From Candidatus Bathyarchaeota archaeon (GTDB lineage Archaea > Thermoproteota > Bathyarchaeia > Bathyarchaeales > Bathycorpusculaceae), in assembly GCA_963702095.1 (NCBI GenBank), contig OY969706.1, positions 1,376,001 through 1,440,000 of the forward strand: 64,000 nt of DNA, written 5' to 3'. The translations under genes were made by a program, and so were the position numbers. Positions within the stretch are counted from its first letter, which is position 1, and the number at the start of each line of letters is the position of its first letter. The notes under the pieces are model-generated. The model searched no databases, had not been told where the DNA came from, and saw nothing but the letters and a program-made list of their open reading frames with translations. Shown one piece after another: positions 10,761 to 20,773 of this stretch.

Positions 10761-10764
10761 TTTT

Positions 10765-12184
10765 TTGCCTGTTGTGAAACCCGCCGTAAGCGAAACTACG
10801 CTTCCTCCGCGTAAAGCGAAGGTGCTGCCTCAAGTCGACGTGCTAGTAGTGGGCGGTGGACCATCTGGAATCGCAGCGGCTTTGGGTGCAGCATGTGCGG
10901 GTGCAAAGGTGCTGTTGGCAGAGAGATATGGGTTTTTAGGGGGCAGCGCAACTGCTGGTCTAGTTTTAACGATGGCATCCTATTATACGTCCTCTAACGT
11001 TCCCCTAAAGAAAGCAAAGGGCCGTCACTCTTTTTCCAGTCGACCACGGTGCCGGTGAACCAATCATCGGCGGAGTCATGGCTAAACTAGTTGAAAGATT
11101 AGTTGCTGCTGGGGGAGCATTTGCGCCATCCTCTTGGACGGGATATATGGTTCCGTTTGACCCCGAGATTTTGAAAGGGGTACTGCTTGATATGCTGGAT
11201 GAGGCAGGGGTTGAGCTGTTGTTTCACGCTTTCGCCAGCGGCGTCATTACCGAAGATGCAACTCTTAGGGGAGTAGTTTTTGAAACAAAGTCTGGTCCCA
11301 TAGTGGCTAAGGCCAAGGTAATTGTGGATTGTACCGGCGACGGGGACATCGCTGCTCTTGCCGGCGCCCCCTATGAGGTGGGTCGAGGCCAAGACCGCAT
11401 GGTTCAACCCATGACATTGATGTTTATGCTTGAAGGCTTTGTTTTCCGAAAGTTCAACGAATACGTGAAGGTCCATCCTGACCAGTGGCATGGCGTCGAA
11501 GGCTTAGCACAACTGATGCAGCAAGCCGCAAAAAACGAAGAGTTGCGTGTTCCCCGAGAGTGCGCTCTTATCTTTGGAAACGTCCACCCAGGACACATAT
11601 TGGTAAACAGTACCCGAGTCCTCGATACATTGGGCACTGACGTTTGGGATTTGACGCGTGCCGAAATTGAGGGGCGACGGCAGGTGGCACAATTAACCCG
11701 TTTTTTCCGCAAGTACGTGCCGGGGTTTGAGCAGGTTTTTGTACATCAAAGCGGCATCTACGCTTGCGTTCGCGAATCTCGCCGGATCATGGGCGGTTAT
11801 ATGTTAACTGCGAAGGATGTGTTGGAGGCTAAAAAATTCGATGATGCAATCGCACGGGGCAGCTACCCCATAGATCTCCACAACCCCCGAGGAAAAGGAA
11901 CGCTGCTCAAAAAAGTAAAGGGTGGAGAAGCCTACGATATTCCCCTACGCTGTCTTGTTCCCCAGAAAATCGATGGATTGCTGGTTGGGGGACGCTGCAT
12001 TTCAGGCACCCACGTGGCTAACGCGTCGTACCGTGTAATGCCTGTTTGTATAGCCACTGGACAGGCCGCAGGCGTCTGCGCAGCCGTCGCAGTAAAGACC
12101 CATCAAACCCCTCGAACAGTCAAGGCATCTGAGGTGCAGGCGGAACTGCTTAAGCAGGGAGCGATCCTGCATGCCAGCAAATGA
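10765..12184 (+). CDS. FAD-dependent oxidoreductase (PF12831-like); apparent frameshift near 11019
   Basis: DVLVVGGGPSG Rossmann motif in the first ORF; DCTGDGD, RESRRI, YDIPLRCL, GRCIS, GQAAG in the second; removing one G gives a continuous ..KAVTLFPVDHGAGEPIIGGVMAK.. Confidence 0.88.
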
Positions 12185-12192
12185 AAAAAAAA

Positions 12193-12324
12193 TTGTTTTT
12201 TAGTCTTAGAAGAAGAGAATGCAGCCCTACTCATCTTCTTCTTGGGGACAGGGCCGACGGCTCTGTTTCGGGTTCTGCAACGGAAAGAATTGCAGGCTGG
12301 TTGAGGCATATTTCACAAGCAGAC
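12193..12324 (-). repeat. Dispersed ~140-bp repeat, copy B
   Basis: Reverse complement GTCTGCTTGTG..CCTCAACCAGCCTGCAA..TTGCAGAA..AGAAGAAGATGAGTAGGGCTGCATTCTCTTCTTCTAAGACTAAAAAA. Confidence 0.8.
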
Positions 12325-12383
12325 CCCAACAAAAGCAACCAATAGCTTGGGCGCACTCCCAAAATCAGGCGGCTGTGGGTATG

Positions 12384-12435
12384 TTTATTGGCAAGCACGA
12401 CGTTTTTTTATATGGGCTGGTGAGTTGGTGCGTGG
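12384..12435 (+). repeat. Direct repeat of the rnpB promoter region and 5' end
   Basis: 12413-12435 matches 13113-13135 at 22/23 nt; TTTATTG lies 29 nt upstream in both copies. Confidence 0.8.
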
Positions 12436-12518
12436 GTGTTTGCTGATTGGTTTTTGATAGCGGGTGATCTTTCTGCCTTTTTTATAAAGGAGAAAAACAA
12501 TCAGTGGACCGTGTATCT

Positions 12519-13052
12519 ATGCAAATTAGACAAACCATCGACGCTGACCTAAACGACATACTAATAGTAGAGCGTGAAGCATTCAATAAAGACAAAGAGG
12601 CAGAACTAACCAAAGATATGCTATTTGACCCTACAGCCCAACCCCTTATCTCATTTTTGGCATATATAGACAACCAACCTGCAGGACACATATTATTCAC
12701 TACTGCACAGCTCACGGGCAACCCCGCCGTTAAGGTCTCTATCTTAGCACCCCTTGCAGTTGTTCCAAAATTTCAAAGACAAGGCGTTGGCGCTGCATTA
12801 ATCAAAAAAGGTTTAGAAATTCTCCAACAATCAGGTGTAGAGTTGGTATTTGTGCTTGGACATCCAACCTATTATCCGCGGTCGGGGTTCATGCCCGCTG
12901 GAAAATTTGGCTTTGAAGCCTTCTACCCCATTCCTGAAAAAGACGCAGATGCATGGATGGTTCTACAACTCCGTCTTAACATAATTGGCTCAGTTTCAGG
13001 TAAAGTAATACCCTGTGAAGCATTAAAAAAGCCTGAACATTGGCGAGAATAA
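12519..13052 (+). CDS. GNAT family N-acetyltransferase (YhbS-like)
   Basis: LAPLAVVPKFQRQGVGAALI acetyl-CoA motif A; VLGHPTYYPRSGF. Confidence 0.9.
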   Translation: MQIRQTIDADLNDILIVEREAFNKDKEAELTKDMLFDPTAQPLISFLAYIDNQPAGHILFTTAQLTGNPAVKVSILAPLAVVPKFQRQGVGAALIKKGLEILQQSGVELVFVLGHPTYYPRSGFMPAGKFGFEAFYPIPEKDADAWMVLQLRLNIIGSVSGKVIPCEALKKPEHWRE

Positions 13053-13112
13053 TACAATCATCTGGAGCTGGCTATAAGGTACCTTTATTGCCATCCGCCC
13101 CGCTTTTTCACT

Positions 13113-13422
13113 TGGGCTGGTGAGTTGGTGTGTGGCTATCGGTCCCGAAAGGGACTGAGGAAACTCCGCTCACACGCAGAATTGCAGTCCTCTGGACAGG
13201 CTGAGAAGCTTGGCAACGGAGCAGAAACGAAACGTCCACCCGGACATGGCTATGACGCATCGGTGATGTCGAGTCCGCTGGAGTGGAAACGGTGAAACGG
13301 CCGTCCTGCATGTGGAAAGGGCAAACAGTCGCCGATGAAGAATCTGCCGGAAGGCGCGGGTAGCCCGATTAGCCGAATGCCACAGACAACAGAAAGCGGG
13401 TTACAACAAACACACCAGCCCA
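13113..13422 (+). ncRNA. rnpB: RNase P RNA, archaeal type A
   Basis: P1 TGGGCTGGTG/CACCAGCCCA; CR-I GAGGAAACTCCGCT pairs with CR-V ACAGAAAGCGGGTTA (P4 with bulged U); P3 GTCCC-GAAA-GGGAC; P8 GTCC-TCT-GGAC; P9 with GAGA loop; GCAGAAAC and GTGAAAC conserved regions. Confidence 0.95.
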
Positions 13423-13694
13423 TTTCTCAATCGCTAAAGGGTACCCTCCTCGCAAGCAAGGACTCTGTCGAAGAAAAAAGGCAACATAGAAATGCTTGTC
13501 TGCTGTATTGTCTTTAAGGCGAATTTTGTGAATCACACTAGGTATTTTGATTCTCCTAATTGTGGGGGCTGTATGTATAAGGGAAGTAGTTATTGTTGGG
13601 GGCAGTGCTCTCTGAATATCTGGAAAAGAGGCAGTGAGTATTAGGCTGGTTACAACCAGGCACCAGTCCAGTAAATTGCCCCTATAGCCCTTAT

Positions 13695-14381
13695 TTATAG
13701 TACTGAAGTTAGGATGAAGATCAAAACTAAGATAAGAAGCGCCAGACTGGCGTAGTACAGACCGTATTTTAATTTCTTTGCAAAGACAGGGCTTTCCTCA
13801 ACCCATAGACCGATGATAAACATTAGGACTATGGCTATTATCCATGACAGGTAGAGTGCTGTTTGGATGTAGAGCCCGAACCAGGACAGAATGATTGGCA
13901 CCAATATCAAAAGGGCTGCCCCGCCATTCAAACCCATGTCAACCAAAATCGTAGTGGCACTCTCTTTGTAGGGCGGGTGCTCCTCGTGCTCACTCTGGGC
14001 AAGGTTAGCGACCACCTCGTCGTAAATCTTTTTCTTATCCTCCTCATTTGCTGCAGTGAAGACTGTATCCTCGAGGTCTTCTTCCACCATGTCATGGCTT
14101 AGACTTCGCTTTTCCGCTGACTTCGCATAATCGATCATGGTGTTCTTCCTTTTGATAGTGTAGTAATTTTCAAAGACGTAGAAGAGTCCGTCAGCGAAAC
14201 CCCAAATGAGGCAAAAACCCATGGAGGAAATGATTACGTAAATGATTGCTATGTTAGTAATAATTGGGCTTCCCCATATCACGGGGTTCCTAAGAGTAGC
14301 GGTCATGGCTAATGTCATTATAACGCCAAAGATTGGTTCAGACGAGAACCAGAACCGCCCGAAATAATCCGATAGCCCCAA
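13695..14381 (-). CDS. Membrane protein, VIT1/CCC1-like topology
   Basis: SEPIFGVIMTL helix, WGFADG motif, acidic soluble loop, three C-terminal TM helices. Confidence 0.65.
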   Translation of the reverse strand: MGLSDYFGRFWFSSEPIFGVIMTLAMTATLRNPVIWGSPIITNIAIIYVIISSMGFCLIWGFADGLFYVFENYYTIKRKNTMIDYAKSAEKRSLSHDMVEEDLEDTVFTAANEEDKKKIYDEVVANLAQSEHEEHPPYKESATTILVDMGLNGGAALLILVPIILSWFGLYIQTALYLSWIIAIVLMFIIGLWVEESPVFAKKLKYGLYYASLALLILVLIFILTSVL

Positions 14382-14649
14382 AAAAACAGCTTCCCACTAT
14401 GTTAACGTAAAGTAGAACACTTAACAATTTGTGGCTTCACAACAATACCAACACACCTCTAAGGCATATAACTAGGAAGTAACGACAAGACAAACGTGAT
14501 TAACGCTCAAAGTAAGAAATTAATAGCCCAGAGACGTGTTACTGCCAGCACATCAACCCCAAAAAGGGCACAGACACCTCACAATTAAGGCTTTAACTTG
14601 CGTCTGCTTTAAATTGAACAGCATTCATTATTTAGAATCGTGGGAAGAG

Positions 14650-15780
14650 ATGAGCGAAAACGATAAGTCAGTGGTACGTGGGTTACGGGATGTAGCTGCG
14701 GCAAAAAGCAAACTCAGCTATGTCGATCCCAGTGGTTCACTCTACTACTTGGGATACAACATTGATGATCTCATAGGACGGGTTGTTTACGCCGAAATCG
14801 CTTACCTCTTGATCCATAAGAGGCTTCCTAACCAACAAGAACTCGATGAATTCTCAAAGCAACTTATCGTTGAGATGAATCTACCTGAGCCCGTGGTTGA
14901 ATGTATTAAAAAGTCGCCGAAGAACTGTCATCCAATCGATATTTTACGGACAGAAGTTTCCCATCTTGGAGAATACGACCCAGATATCGGCGATTACTCC
15001 GAAGCTGCAAACTTTCGCAGGGCAACACGATTAGTTGCACAGGTACCTGCGATAGTGGCTGCCATTAACAGAACTAGACAGAACAAACCGCCTCTACCTC
15101 CCAAAAAAGAATTCGGTCTCGCCAAAAACTTCCTCTACATGTTTACAGGCGAGATCCCAGACGATAAAGAAGTAAGCGTTATCCACCGTTTCATGACGCT
15201 TCATGCTGACCACAGCTTTAACGCATCCACTTTCGCTGCACGTGTAACGGCAAGCACAAACTCAGACATGTACTCCGCTGTGACTTCAGCTATAGGCACC
15301 TTAAAAGGACCCCTACATGGCGGTGCAAGCGAAAAAGTAATGGATATGCTAGATGAGATTGACCCCGAAAAAGACGTCAATGAATACCTTCAAAGTCTAC
15401 TGGATGAAAAGAAAAAGGTCATGGGTTTTGGTCATCGAGTCTATAAAGCCCAGGACCCCCGAACAAAACATCTAAGAGGAATAGTGGAGGAGTTTTGCCA
15501 TCGGGAACGATCTTTAGACCTATACAATAGGTGCATCCAAATCGAAAATATCGTTTTCGAAAAGAAAAAAATCTATCCTAACGTTGACTTCTATGCTGCG
15601 GTTGCAATGGATGCGCTGGGCGTTTCAAAGGAGTTTTTCCCGTTGTTTTTTGCTTCAAGCAGAATTTCGGGATGGGTTGCCCACATAATTGAGCAGTATG
15701 AAGATGCTGTTCTTCTGCGTCCCTCTGCAGAATACGTTGGAGAATTCGGGAAGCAGTTCATCGTAATAGAGGAACGTTAG
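14650..15780 (+). CDS. gltA: Citrate synthase (short, citrate/2-methylcitrate synthase type)
   Basis: LHADHSFNASTF, GPLHGGA, MGFGHRVYK..DPR, PNVDFY, R..GW.AH. Confidence 0.93.
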   Translation: MSENDKSVVRGLRDVAAAKSKLSYVDPSGSLYYLGYNIDDLIGRVVYAEIAYLLIHKRLPNQQELDEFSKQLIVEMNLPEPVVECIKKSPKNCHPIDILRTEVSHLGEYDPDIGDYSEAANFRRATRLVAQVPAIVAAINRTRQNKPPLPPKKEFGLAKNFLYMFTGEIPDDKEVSVIHRFMTLHADHSFNASTFAARVTASTNSDMYSAVTSAIGTLKGPLHGGASEKVMDMLDEIDPEKDVNEYLQSLLDEKKKVMGFGHRVYKAQDPRTKHLRGIVEEFCHRERSLDLYNRCIQIENIVFEKKKIYPNVDFYAAVAMDALGVSKEFFPLFFASSRISGWVAHIIEQYEDAVLLRPSAEYVGEFGKQFIVIEER

Positions 15781-15892
15781 CGTTAAGCGTTTGCGCCAAT
15801 TACATCTATTAACCTCTACCCTCTCTTCCACTGTTACAGCAAAAGAAGCCTTTAACGAGCTGTTTGGAGAGGGCTAACCTCACTGAGGAGTT

Positions 15893-16036
15893 TTACCTAC
15901 CTTTTTTGCTTTCAAAAATTTTGATGTTCTTACGGTGGTACCAATCAAAGATGGCGTTGCAAGCTTCTACAGAGTACCCGCAGCTTGAGAGTTTGTTAAA
16001 GGCGTTGGCGTCGCCTTTTTTCTTAGGTTGCCCCAT
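15893..16036 (-). CDS. Small hypothetical protein (47 aa; below the ORF-track cutoff)
   Basis: MGQPKKKGDANAFNKLSSCGYSVEACNAIFDWYHRKNIKIFESKKGR*, with an AT-rich TATA-like element upstream. Confidence 0.5.
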   Translation of the reverse strand: MGQPKKKGDANAFNKLSSCGYSVEACNAIFDWYHRKNIKIFESKKGR

Positions 16037-16158
16037 GCCGAATTTTTTAAGAATCTTAAATATAAGTTATGTGATATATTGATATATTCGGTAGAATTGT
16101 ACAACAAAACTACTTCAATTAAAACAGGCCTATACTTAGATAGACCGACGCTGTAGGC

Positions 16159-16482
16159 TCAGAATATGACGCTAAGATTGTTGATGACCACTCCGGCGAG
16201 TAAAAGAAACGTCACGGAGTAGCTGACGTCTAAAAACCTGCCTGTACCGTTGCTATTGAGGCATTTAATGAATCCGGCTGCCTTGTAGAAAGCTAAACCT
16301 GCCCCGACAACAGCGCACATCTTAACTACGCTAAAGAGCAACATACTTGAACTTACAAGACCTAGGAGCAATACATTGCTTTCTTGTGCTCCAAAGAAGG
16401 TAACGCCGACAATGGTTGTTAACCAATCAGAGAAACCGATGAATACGAGGAAGGAGAAGAAGAGCAGGTCTTTTCTTATCAT
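16159..16482 (-). CDS. Small membrane protein (DUF5658-like)
   Basis: D.LTT..G....GAQESN.L..., K, terminal VINNL pattern. Confidence 0.65.
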   Translation of the reverse strand: MIRKDLLFFSFLVFIGFSDWLTTIVGVTFFGAQESNVLLLGLVSSSMLLFSVVKMCAVVGAGLAFYKAAGFIKCLNSNGTGRFLDVSYSVTFLLLAGVVINNLSVIF

Positions 16483-16862
16483 GGTACATCAGTCAGTTGT
16501 TGTTAAGTATTGGAAGGGGTGCACTTACGTTTTTACTATGGTGAAGTACACAACTGAAGTACACCTGTACGTATAAGTTGCAGGGTTTAAGTGAAAAAGT
16601 AGTCTTTCTCCATGAGCTAATTGCCAAGTTCTTAACAAATGAGTTGTTTATGTGTTCTACAAATCACTCTCCAACATATCAACCAGTAAATAGTGATAAT
16701 TCGCGTTTAAGCGCCTCCCCGGATCTATTTTGAACAACCATGTTGTGATGAAGGCAGATACCTTGGAAAAAATCGCTTGCCGCCTCTCAACAGCTAACTA
16801 ACCAAAAATCCTACATAAACCCCCGACTACAATAAAATTAGCTGTTCGCAAGAAGGAATATC

Positions 16863-17318
16863 ATGGCGTTAGAAGTTGTTTCCCATGTCGATTTAAACCA
16901 GTACCTCGGTAAATGGTATGAAATCGCACATACCCCCGTCAAGTTTGAAAACGGCTGCTCCGAAACCACCGCAACATACAGCTTAGCAAAAGACGGCAAC
17001 ATCGCCATACTCAACGAATGCAAAAGAAACGGCAAAATGAGGCAGGCTAAGGGCAAAGCTAAAGTCGTGGACAAAGCCACAGGCGCCAAACTCAAAGTCA
17101 CGTTTTTCTGGCCCTTCTCCAGCGACTACTGGATCATAAAACTAGGCAAAAACTACGATTACGCCGTCGTAGGCACTCCTACTCTTAAGTATCTCTGGAT
17201 ACTCAACCGCACACCCCAGATGGATAAGAAACTGTATAATCAGTTGGTTGAGTTTACCAAGTCAAAGGGTTTTGATGTAAGCACTCTGGAAAAGACCACT
17301 CACACCTTAACTGCATAA
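16863..17318 (+). CDS. Lipocalin family protein (Blc-like)
   Basis: VDLNQYLGKWYEIA (SCR1), YWII....YDYAVVG, YLWILNRTP. Confidence 0.9.
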   Translation: MALEVVSHVDLNQYLGKWYEIAHTPVKFENGCSETTATYSLAKDGNIAILNECKRNGKMRQAKGKAKVVDKATGAKLKVTFFWPFSSDYWIIKLGKNYDYAVVGTPTLKYLWILNRTPQMDKKLYNQLVEFTKSKGFDVSTLEKTTHTLTA

Positions 17319-17333
17319 AAAACAGAGCACCAC

Positions 17334-17861
17334 TTAGAGGTGTAGATCAGCGGCTTCTACGGTTCTGCGCAGTATCCGCGAGCGCGTCTCAGCTTCAACC
17401 TGCTTGTTCGATACGGGCAAGTCCATGTCTATGGCGGTTAAAGCCAAGATTTTCTTGACCAATACGCATGCAGCCTCGGCAATCTCCACCTTGTTGAGGG
17501 CGCCTTTTTCGTTTACGCCGCCGCAGCAGGTTGTAAAGGGAAAGTTAAGGTCCAGCTCAACGGTGCCGGTTTCATAGTTGTAGTCCACTATGGTGAATGG
17601 TTCTAGTTTGCACACCGAAGGACGTACATCGTAAATTTTGCATCGGTTGTTTTCTGCGAGGAACAAGCAGCTGCCGTCGTTCTTGCACTTGATCCAGTTG
17701 ACGCCGTTTTCGTCGGTTTCTAAAAAGTTGCGAAACCCTCTGGCTTCTATGCGTTTCTGCTCAGCTTTGTCGACGTCGGGCGGCTGCATTTTGCAGCAGA
17801 CACCGCAGTTATTGCATTGGAACCCTACTGAATCGGGGAAGATGACGGTTTTGGGTTGCAA
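17334..17861 (-). CDS. YkgJ/UPF0153 cysteine-cluster protein
   Basis: FQCNNCGVCC...CLFL....CKIYDVRPSVCKLEPF. Confidence 0.88.
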   Translation of the reverse strand: MQPKTVIFPDSVGFQCNNCGVCCKMQPPDVDKAEQKRIEARGFRNFLETDENGVNWIKCKNDGSCLFLAENNRCKIYDVRPSVCKLEPFTIVDYNYETGTVELDLNFPFTTCCGGVNEKGALNKVEIAEAACVLVKKILALTAIDMDLPVSNKQVEAETRSRILRRTVEAADLHL

Positions 17862-17961
17862 GGTGTAGGTGGATGAGTTGGAATAGCTTATTTGGGTTAT
17901 GGCGCATTAAATGCACTTTTTAATGTAATCCTTTTTAGAAACAAATGCTATTCTTTGAAGC

Positions 17962-18162
17962 GTGAAAAAAATGTCTACAGTTGATTCCCGTGTCGTGCAG
18001 CAGAAAAGAGCAGTCGGCGCAGTCGCCATTGTGCTTCTTTTAGTATTTACAGTTTTGGCGTTAACCAGCTATATTTCACTCATCGTTTGGGTTATTGCGG
18101 ATTTAGTGGTGGCTGGTGTTGCGAATCTGCTGTTTAGGCGGATAGGCAGAAGGCCCCTTTGA
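17962..18162 (+). CDS. Small two-TM membrane protein
   Basis: Two hydrophobic helices and a basic tail. Confidence 0.65.
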   Translation: MKKMSTVDSRVVQQKRAVGAVAIVLLLVFTVLALTSYISLIVWVIADLVVAGVANLLFRRIGRRPL

Positions 18163-18285
18163 TTTTCTGAGAAGCCATGGACTAAAAAAAGCAAAATTTC
18201 TTTTCCGTTTTTGTGGGTTCACCCTGAAACAGCAAAATTATATAAAGAAATTCCTTTACAATCATCCATTGCAGGAGGTTGACGT

Positions 18286-18546
18286 ATGGCCGAAATCGTT
18301 TGCTTAGTCCCCAAGCTTTCGATGGATATTGAGTGCCTCTGTTTCGACGAGAAAACCTGCGACATCCACATCAACGACGGCGGCAACTTGGTTTGCAGAC
18401 ACGGCAGCAACGAAGGCGTAGTAGATGGCATCGCCAAAGTCATCTGCCCACTGGAGATTGAGAATGAACGCAAAAAGTGGGAAGAATTCCTCAAAGAAGA
18501 AAGAAGCGGTACCAGTGCGCCCAAAACGCGTAGAAAACTCAGATAA
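18286..18546 (+). CDS. Hypothetical Cys-containing protein
   Basis: TATA-like TTATATAAA and GGAGG upstream; 86 aa with six Cys. Confidence 0.65.
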   Translation: MAEIVCLVPKLSMDIECLCFDEKTCDIHINDGGNLVCRHGSNEGVVDGIAKVICPLEIENERKKWEEFLKEERSGTSAPKTRRKLR

Positions 18547-18609
18547 ACTCAAGAAACAACCGAAAACTTTAGGCACAAAACATAGATGATGCTTTAAATC
18601 ATGCTTAAA

Positions 18610-19059
18610 TCATGCCTTATCCATTTGGGCTACAATCTTTTTTGCCCATTCCGAGGCCGCTTTAACATCGTCGTTGTTGGGTCTACCTCTTCGTAGAAGC
18701 TTCCAGCCGCCATAACATGCAAAGTATTCATTCAAGACCTTATGCCCTTTGGCTTCTAAGATCGATTGTAGTTTCGCCTTAACCTGTTGGTTGGTTCTGC
18801 CGGCGCCGCCCCACGTGAGAAATAACACAAATTGTTTAGGCTCTTTGAGGTTGAGGGCAGTGAGGTATTTTTCGAAGTCTTGGTTGGGGCTTCCTGCATA
18901 GATCCCTGTTCCAGCAAAAATCACGTCAAAATCTTCAAGGGGAACTATGGTTGAGTCTAGACTTACGCTATAGGCTTTTGCCCCTATTTGGGCGGCTATG
19001 GTGTCAGCGATTTTTTTGGTGTTACCGCTTTTTGAAGCATACAGAACAATTGGTTTCAT
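18610..19059 (-). CDS. Flavodoxin family protein
   Basis: VLYASKSGNTKKIA FMN-phosphate loop; GTGIYAG. Confidence 0.9.
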   Translation of the reverse strand: MKPIVLYASKSGNTKKIADTIAAQIGAKAYSVSLDSTIVPLEDFDVIFAGTGIYAGSPNQDFEKYLTALNLKEPKQFVLFLTWGGAGRTNQQVKAKLQSILEAKGHKVLNEYFACYGGWKLLRRGRPNNDDVKAASEWAKKIVAQMDKA

Positions 19060-19192
19060 GGTTATCGCCTATCTTGTTGGAGTACGTTTGAGAATTTAAG
19101 GTTTCGGAGCCTCAGAAAATACTTTATAGCCACATCACTTTAACGCTTAAACGTTAATTTGCACGTGCAATTATCATCATAGGCGCCGCATG

Positions 19193-19507
19193 TTACCAGT
19201 ATTTTTCGTTTTTTGACTCTTTTAGCCAGAACTCCGGATCATAGACATCGATGATTTCCACATCAACGATGTTGGCCGGGTTAGTTATTGCCGCGCGGAA
19301 TTTAGTTGGAAGATCAGGTTTTGAGAGGAGCTCCATGCGTGAAGCTTCCAATGCGTCGGCTATTTTCTCGGTGTTCTTGTTAGCGTAGCCTTGGTACTTG
19401 ACGCTTTTGCCTTCTCTTATGGCTCTGTCGAAACCGTCTTTGGTGACCTGAATTAGTTTGTCGCCTTCTCGGACAAACCAGAATGGACCACATGGATTCT
19501 TAGGCAT
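19193..19507 (-). CDS. Hypothetical protein
   Basis: 104-aa ORF with ATG start and TTTAAA upstream. Confidence 0.7.
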   Translation of the reverse strand: MPKNPCGPFWFVREGDKLIQVTKDGFDRAIREGKSVKYQGYANKNTEKIADALEASRMELLSKPDLPTKFRAAITNPANIVDVEIIDVYDPEFWLKESKNEKYW

Positions 19508-20133
19508 AATAACCGTAGCATATCGCTTTAAAAGTGTTAATTAACGTTGTCCCAAAATCTGGTTTAGCGCCTCAGAATTTGTTCCTGTAATCATTTTTGG
19601 GAGCTAACCTCAATCATACTAACGTGAATTTTCTTCATCGGCAAACTATAGTTAGTTGGGGTTGGATAAAACCCTTCCAAAAGTATGTGCCTATTAGATT
19701 TGTTTGTTTTTTCCTGTATTGGCGGATAATTTGGAGAGCCCTAACTCTTCCTGAGAACTCGGCGGCTGCGTCTGTTTTGACGTTAGCTGCCTTCTGGCGG
19801 TTAACCATTTAACACGTATAAGCCATTTTAAGTCACATATCAGGGGTTGCTGGGTAAAGGCTTTCATGGACTCCGCTTAAAAGTTGGCTGTCCGGGTGGT
19901 CAACGTTTAGGTGGTTTTAGTAGAATTGCCTGAAGTAGAATGCTCTGCTGCATATTGGCATTCAAACTTGCCCTGTAAAGTCTTTTGGTTATAGGTCAAT
20001 TTTAGTTCTATTATTTGCCAAAAAGATGTGTCTCCAAAAAACAGCTTTACAATGGTTGATGGACATGTACCTTAAAGATATTGAATGAAAAAAAAATAAA
20101 TGTCAATTAAGGCTCAAGCAGGCTTAGGCTAGT

Positions 20134-20229
20134 TTAGCTAGTCTGTGTTTTGCTTCCTTTTGCTTTTTTTGCCTTTCTTTTTTCGTCTTTCTGTTTCTTA
20201 GTTAATGGTTTCCCTTGTTTGCTAGGCAT
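20134..20229 (-). CDS. Candidate very basic 31-aa peptide
   Basis: MPSKQGKPLTKKQKDEKRKAKKAKGSKTQTS* downstream of tfs. Confidence 0.4.
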   Translation of the reverse strand: MPSKQGKPLTKKQKDEKRKAKKAKGSKTQTS

Positions 20230-20304
20230 TGATATTCATCTATTAGAGATTTATCCCTGTTATGCTTTAATATCTTTCGAAAGATACAGGCTAATAAGCG
20301 GTTT

Positions 20305-20649
20305 TTAGGTGTATTCCCTAAAGGTATGACCACATTTTGTGCATCGCATAAACTGTGTTGACGCTTCATCGCCGCCTCTGGTCTGCACTTGCCAAACATA
20401 GACTTCCATGTGGCCGCATTTCTCGCACATCTTTTTGATTTTGGTCATGGTGTTAACTTCGTCGGATTGAGCGATTACGGTCATGAAAGGTTTGGGTTTA
20501 GGCTGCAATACGGCGCCTGTTCTTGCTTCGACTTTTCTGTCTAAGGGTTGCTTGGTAAAGTTGCATTTTGCACAGCAGAGCACGAAGGCGTTGCCTTCGC
20601 CGGTTTTTTTGGGTTCAAGACGTGAACCACAATTGGGACAAAATTCCAT
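20305..20649 (-). CDS. tfs: Transcription factor S (TFS/RpoM family)
   Basis: N-terminal FCPNCG..CAKC ribbon; C-terminal CEKCG..QTRGGDEAST.F..CTKCG with the catalytic DE pair. Confidence 0.9.
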   Translation of the reverse strand: MEFCPNCGSRLEPKKTGEGNAFVLCCAKCNFTKQPLDRKVEARTGAVLQPKPKPFMTVIAQSDEVNTMTKIKKMCEKCGHMEVYVWQVQTRGGDEASTQFMRCTKCGHTFREYT

Positions 20650-20773
20650 AACTGATAAATCCCTCTCTTTAGTTCAGCATATGTAGATCAAATGAGATAT
20701 AAGAGGATTATTTCAAAGGAATCAAGGATTCAGGGAAAGTTTCGGCAAAGCTAATTAAAATGCAATAAAACAT

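Noticed and set aside
13108-13517. ORFs 13108-13311 and 13335-13517
   Set aside because: They overlap the RNase P RNA gene and are spurious.
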